A stretch of 64,000 bases of DNA, from positions 12,710,001 to 12,774,000 of the forward strand of contig NC_086108.1 of the NCBI RefSeq assembly GCF_963921235.1, written 5' to 3'. Position 1 is the stretch's first letter. The number at the start of each line of letters is the position of its first letter. This document shows positions 1 through 64,000 of this stretch, piece by piece. Source of the DNA: Mobula hypostoma (lineage: Eukaryota). The position numbers and the translations under genes are program-made. The notes under the pieces were generated by a model. It was not told where the DNA came from. It saw only the letters and a list, made by a program, of their open reading frames with translations, and did no database searches.

Positions 1-2218
1 TGGTTGTATATGGTATAAGAGCAGAATGAGGCATTTGGCCCATCGAGTCAGCTCAGCCATTTCATCACAGCTGATCCATTCTCCCTCACTGCCTTCTTCC
101 CGTATTCCTTCATGTCCTGACCAATCGAGAATCTATCAACCTCTGCCTTAAATATACCCAGTGACTTGGCCTCCCCAGCTGCCTGTGGAAACAAATTCCA
201 CAGACTCACCACTCTCTGGCTAAAGAAACTCCTCCTCATCTCTGTTCTAAAAGGATGTCCCTCTATTCTAAGACTGTATCCTCTGGAGTTAGACTCTCCC
301 ACCATAGGAAACATCCTCCCCACCTCCATTCTATCAAGGCCTTTCACCATTCGATTGCTTTCAATGAGGGCACCCGTCATTCTTCTAAATTCCAGTGAAC
401 ACAGGCCCAGAGCCGTCAAGCACTGTTCATATGACAAGCCGTTCAAACCTGGAATTATTTTTGTGAACATCTTTTGAACCCTCTCAAGTTTCAGTACATC
501 CTTTCTAAGATAAGGGGGCCAGAACTGCTCACAATCCTCCAAGTGAGGCCTCACCAGTGCTTTATAGAGTCTCAACATTACATCCTTGCTTTTATATTCT
601 AGTCCTCTTGAAATGAATGCTAACATCACATTTGCCTTCCTCACCACAGTCTCGCCCTAAAAATCAACCTTTAGGGAATCCTGCACAAGGACTCCCAAGT
701 CCCTTTAGATCTCAGTTTTTGGTATTTTCTTTCCATTTAGAAAATAGTCAAATCTTTTATTTCTTCTGCCAGAGTGCATGACCATACACTTCCCGACACT
801 GTCTTCCATCTGTCACTTCTTTGCCCATTCTGCTAATCTGTCTAAATCTTTCTGTAGCCTCTCTGCTTCCTCAAAACTACCTGCCCCTCCTACCTATCTT
901 CGTATCACCTGGAAACTTTGTAACAAAGCCATCAATTCCATCATCCAACTCATTAAAATAAAACATAAAAAGATCGGTCCCAGCACAGAACCCCATGGAG
1001 CACCACTAGTCACCAGCAACCAATCAGAAAAGGCTCCCTTTATCTCCACTCTGCCTCCTGCCAGTCAGCCACTCTTTTATCCCTGTAATACTGTGGGCCC
1101 ATAGCTTGATAAGCAGCCTCATGTGTGGCACCTTGTCAAGTGCCTTCTGAAAATCCAAACACACGACATGAAACAATTTTCCTTTGTCTGTCGTGCTTGT
1201 TATTTCTTCAAAGAATTCCAACAGATTTGTCAGGCAAGATTTTCCCTTGAGGAAACCATGATGACCACGACCTATTTTATCATGTGCTACCAAGTACCCT
1301 GAAACCACATCCTTAACAATCGACTCTAACTTCTTCTCAACCACTGAGGTCAGACTAACTGACCCATAATTTCCTCTCTTCTGCCTTTCTCTCTTGAAGA
1401 GTGGAGTGACATTTGCAACTTTCCAATCTTCTGGAACCATTCCAGAATTTAGTGATTCTTGAAAGATCATTACTAATGCCTCCATTGTCTCTTCAGCCAT
1501 CTCTTTCAGAACCCTGGAGTGTTCACCATCTGGTCCAGGTGACTTATCTACCTTCAGGTCTTTCAGTTTCCCAAGAACCTTCTCCCTAGTAATAGTAACT
1601 TCACACACTTGATGACCCCTGACACCTGGAACTTCCATCATACTGCTAGTGTCTTCCACAGTAAAGACTGATGCAAAATACTTATTCAATTTGTCCGCCG
1701 TTTCCTTGTCCCCCATTATTACCTCAACAGTATAATTTTCCAGTGGTCTGATATCCACTCCTGGCTCTCTTTTTCATTTTATGTATCTGAAGAAGCTTTT
1801 GGTAGCCTCTTTAATATTATTGGCTAGCTTACTTTCGTATTGCATCTTATTCCATCACCTTCTTAATGACTTTAAGTTGCGTTCTGTTGGTATTTGAAAG
1901 CTTCCTAATCCTCTAACTTCCCACTAATTTTTGCTCTATTTTATGCCCTCCCTTTGACTTTTATGTTGGCTTTGGCTTCTCTTGTTAGCCATGGCTGTGT
2001 CATCTTTCCTTTAGAATACCTCTTCCTTTTTGAGATATATATATCCTGTGCCTTCCGAATTGTTTCCAGAAATTCCAGTCATTGCTGCTGTGCTGTCATC
2101 CCTGCCAGTGTTCTCTTCCAATCAGTTCTGGCCAGCTCCTCTCTCATGCCTCTGTAAATCCCGTTACTCCACTGGAATACTGATATATCTGGCCTTAGCC
2201 TCTCCTTCTCAAATTTCA
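1..2218 (-). mobile_element. CR1 LINE, 5'-truncated, frameshifted RT
   Basis: ORFs 48..647 and 1024..1758 carry CR1 ORF2 motifs (KSPGPDG, WKVANVTPLFK, LDFQKALDKVPH, LVRPHLE, FFSQRVV). Confidence 0.92.
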
Positions 2219-4774
2219 AATTTATAAGGAAAGATTGAATAGGTTAAGACTTTATTTCTTGGAACATAGAAGACTGAAAGGAAATTTGATACAGGTATAC
2301 AAGATTTGGGGTTCAACCAAACAGGAGCGTCATGATGTTCCGATGAAAGAAACCTCGATTTGAGCGAATGCTGTGTAAATACTGCCCTTGCACAACTATC
2401 TGTCAGTAAGAAATAACAGATGGTATACCACATAAAATTATAAAGTAAGTATATTTATCAACTTCAGCTTTATCAAATGGTTAATAGAAAAAAAAAGAAA
2501 AGAAAATAAAAGGACCCATTACAGTTGAAGCAGTCCAATGTGAGCACAACCGTTGGAGCTCATGCTGGTGTATTTAGCGTGTACCTCTTAACTCGCATGC
2601 TGGACCTGTGGTCTGCATGAAAACACCTGCCACATTTTCAAACTCCCCTCTGAGACCATCTCGAGCAAACAGCTCTCTCAGGAGTATTGTCCTTCCTCCT
2701 TGGAGCCATTCACCTACACATAGCATTTTCTGCAACAGGGACTTTCCCTCCAACGACATTCTGTGGCATTTTCCCTTCTGTCCCGCTCCATGGCTCCCGC
2801 CAAAAGACCCCAAACCAGAATTCTATCTTCAGAAAACTGATGGCAGGGGGGAAGAAGCTATTCCTGAATCGTTAAATGTGTGCCTGTACCTCCTCCCTGA
2901 TGGTAACAATGGGAAGTGAGCATATCCCCGGGTGATGGGGGTCCTTAATGATGGATGTCACCATTTTGAGGCATCGCTCCCTGAGGTGTCCTGGATACTG
3001 GATTCTCTTGCCTCTCTCAATAACCTGGGGTATATTCTCTGAGTCCCTGCGGTCTTATCTGCCTTAATGCCCTTTAAGCAACCCAACACTACCTCCTTCC
3101 TTACCTTAGAATGCCCTTGCATATCAATGCACCTTTGAATGTAATCACAGAGTTTGGATTTTTTTTCCTTTGGGATCTAACCCTGTAAGCTAGGCATCCA
3201 TCTGGTGATAGATCCTTCCCGACATTAACAAATTAAAAAGATTCAAAGTACATTTATTATCAACATATGTGTGCAATATACAATCCTGAGGTTCGCCTTC
3301 CTCACAGACAGCCCTGAAACAATGAAAACCATGAGACCCATTCAAACCCCCAACACGCAAAGAAGAGAAAAAATAGCGCAAATGGCAAAAAAAATGAGCA
3401 AAAAACACACAATATAGAACACCAAACCACACAGTTATCAAAAGTATCCAGGAATGTTCAGTCCAGCTCAATTAAGCCTAATCCATTGGTGGTTGGCTTC
3501 CATCAAAGGACAATGAGTGATGATGATCATCATCACAAGCCTGGGAGGAAGGTATGGAGATTCTGAGATGCCCAGTTGTCAAGATCCCCCTCTCGGCCTC
3601 ACCAGTGTAGTCCAAAGGAAAGCTTATGAAACAGTACGTTTGGCACCAGCTTGGCTGCAGGAGCCTCTGAAAGGATGTTCAATGACATCCAGTTGCCGTG
3701 AGGGCTCCGCTCTGGATTTTCTGTCTGGGTTTACTCCACAGCCTTCATCTCTCCCGAGGCTACCCACAGGGCAGTGGGGCTATTTACTCATAGCTGGGGG
3801 CCTGGTTCACGAGCACCAGGGGCTAGCGTACTACGTGTAGGGGCCAGACCTCCTTCCCGTCCTCTGTAGTTCAGCCTGAGTCCGAAAGGAGTTCGGTTTC
3901 CGTGTGTCGCCAGCGAGGAGGCACTACATGAGGCTTGCTGATGGGGAGACAATGTACTCACAGGGAGAGACTTACACATTCAACTCTCCTTTTCGCAAGA
4001 CTGCTAGCCAATGCTGGAAGCACTACTCTCTGTACTACCACACTAGATGCGTCACAACAGCCATTTTGACACCAGTGGTGTGTCTTCAGTATCTGCATAT
4101 TAGCAGAATATGTTAAATTCACTGATGATAGGTCCTTAGACACCATGTTTATTTCAATTAAAATTTACTTGCAGAGCGTTGAAATGAATTTTGCACACAG
4201 ACGAGTTTTAAAACCACTGTTAAAATCTCTGTTTAATTTCTGATCCTTAGGGTTCTTCCGGGAGTTAAAAATGGCAAGCAGGCTTAATTCCAATAATTCA
4301 GTTTATTTTCGAGTACAAACACACAAACTAAATAAACAGCTGAGAAACAATGCTGAGAGGGGAATTAACGCTGAAGGGCGCAAGACAAAGGTATAAATAA
4401 AAGATGGCACCTCTGAAAAATCCATTACTTTTATAGATAAGATAAAGAAAATTCCTTAGATAGGAATTAATTAGTTAATGGACTACATAATTATAATAAT
4501 TACATCATGCAGGTAATGTGCTAATATTTAGGCAATGAAAAATGAGAAAAGTAATAAACCATTAGTTTAGCTGTTACTTTGCTTTCTGCCAGTGTGTCAA
4601 AAACATGAGTTTGTTAAAAAGTACAAATCTTATAAAAAGTAATATTTAAAAAATAACAGTGGTTTCCAACAGCAGGTTATTGCAGGGTGGGATTTGTAAC
4701 ATTTGAAGGGCTTGTGCTGATGTTTGCTCTGTGTCCACTGACGTTCAAAGCTCTCTGTTCTTTCCTGTGTTTAG

Positions 4775-63584
<58,810 letters not shown>

Positions 63585-64000
63585 GTAAGTGAGATGGAGC
63601 TGGAGGGATTGGAAGGGAGGTGGGACACTCTGAGCTGTGAATGAGAAGCCCTGCCACAAACAGCAATGGTAAATGGCTGGCTCATCTGTCTGTTGACCTG
63701 TGGTTGGGAGCTGAACTGATCTTGACAAATAACCTCAGTTCTTTCTTGGATTACATCGTTGTTTTTATTCCCAGACCAAGTCTCAGCAGAAAGACATCCC
63801 TTCCCAAAGTCTTGCCCTAAACACTTCCCCGACAGCGCAGCGCTGCCTAGGTTCTATCTGATGGAGAGTGCAGGGTTCTCTCAGTGTCACTGACACTGAA
63901 CATAGAACCGTGCAGGACAGAAACAGGCCCTTCAGTCCACAATGACGTGCTGACTGTAAAAGTCTAATCACCTCTCCGAAGCCTCCATCTTCCACAATGA

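Noticed and set aside
2310..2820. LTR-like or snoRNA-like segment (ATGATG..., TTTAT-rich)
   Set aside because: No clear termini, TSD, or C/D box pair with a terminal stem; probably a repeat fragment that I cannot classify.
1..4774. ERCC2 exons 1-2 and promoter
   Set aside because: No sequence encoding the exon 2 peptide (FPYDYIYPEQ) was found; presumably upstream of the window.

Overview
Vertebrate genomic DNA, most likely from a cartilaginous fish such as a ray or shark (inferred from the repeat content). The window holds coding exons 3-18 of ERCC2/XPD, the TFIIH Fe-S DNA helicase, on the + strand at 4775-63584. All 16 exons have AG/GT boundaries and the same lengths as the human exons as I recall them (1653 nt, 551 codons). 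Exons 1-2 and 19 onward were not found in the window. The introns are largely retroelement-derived. They contain many CR1 LINEs (one with an open 557-aa RT frame), a full-length L1 with a 15-bp TSD, Penelope-like (GIY-YIG) elements, Rex1/Babar and RTE fragments, tRNA-derived V-SINEs, a solo LTR and a 2.8-kb 28-bp minisatellite. The three most notable observations are: (i) minimal type-I hammerhead ribozyme motifs in the Penelope tails, two with intact cores in the sense of the ERCC2 pre-mRNA; (ii) an LTR-less, decayed retrovirus-like gag-pro-pol fragment joined to a CR1 3' tail and lying inside a split Penelope tail, which suggests LINE-mediated retroposition of viral RNA; (iii) the same CR1/inverted-CR1 junction occurring twice, 44 kb apart. 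Exon coordinates were checked base by base; repeat boundaries are approximate unless a TSD is quoted.
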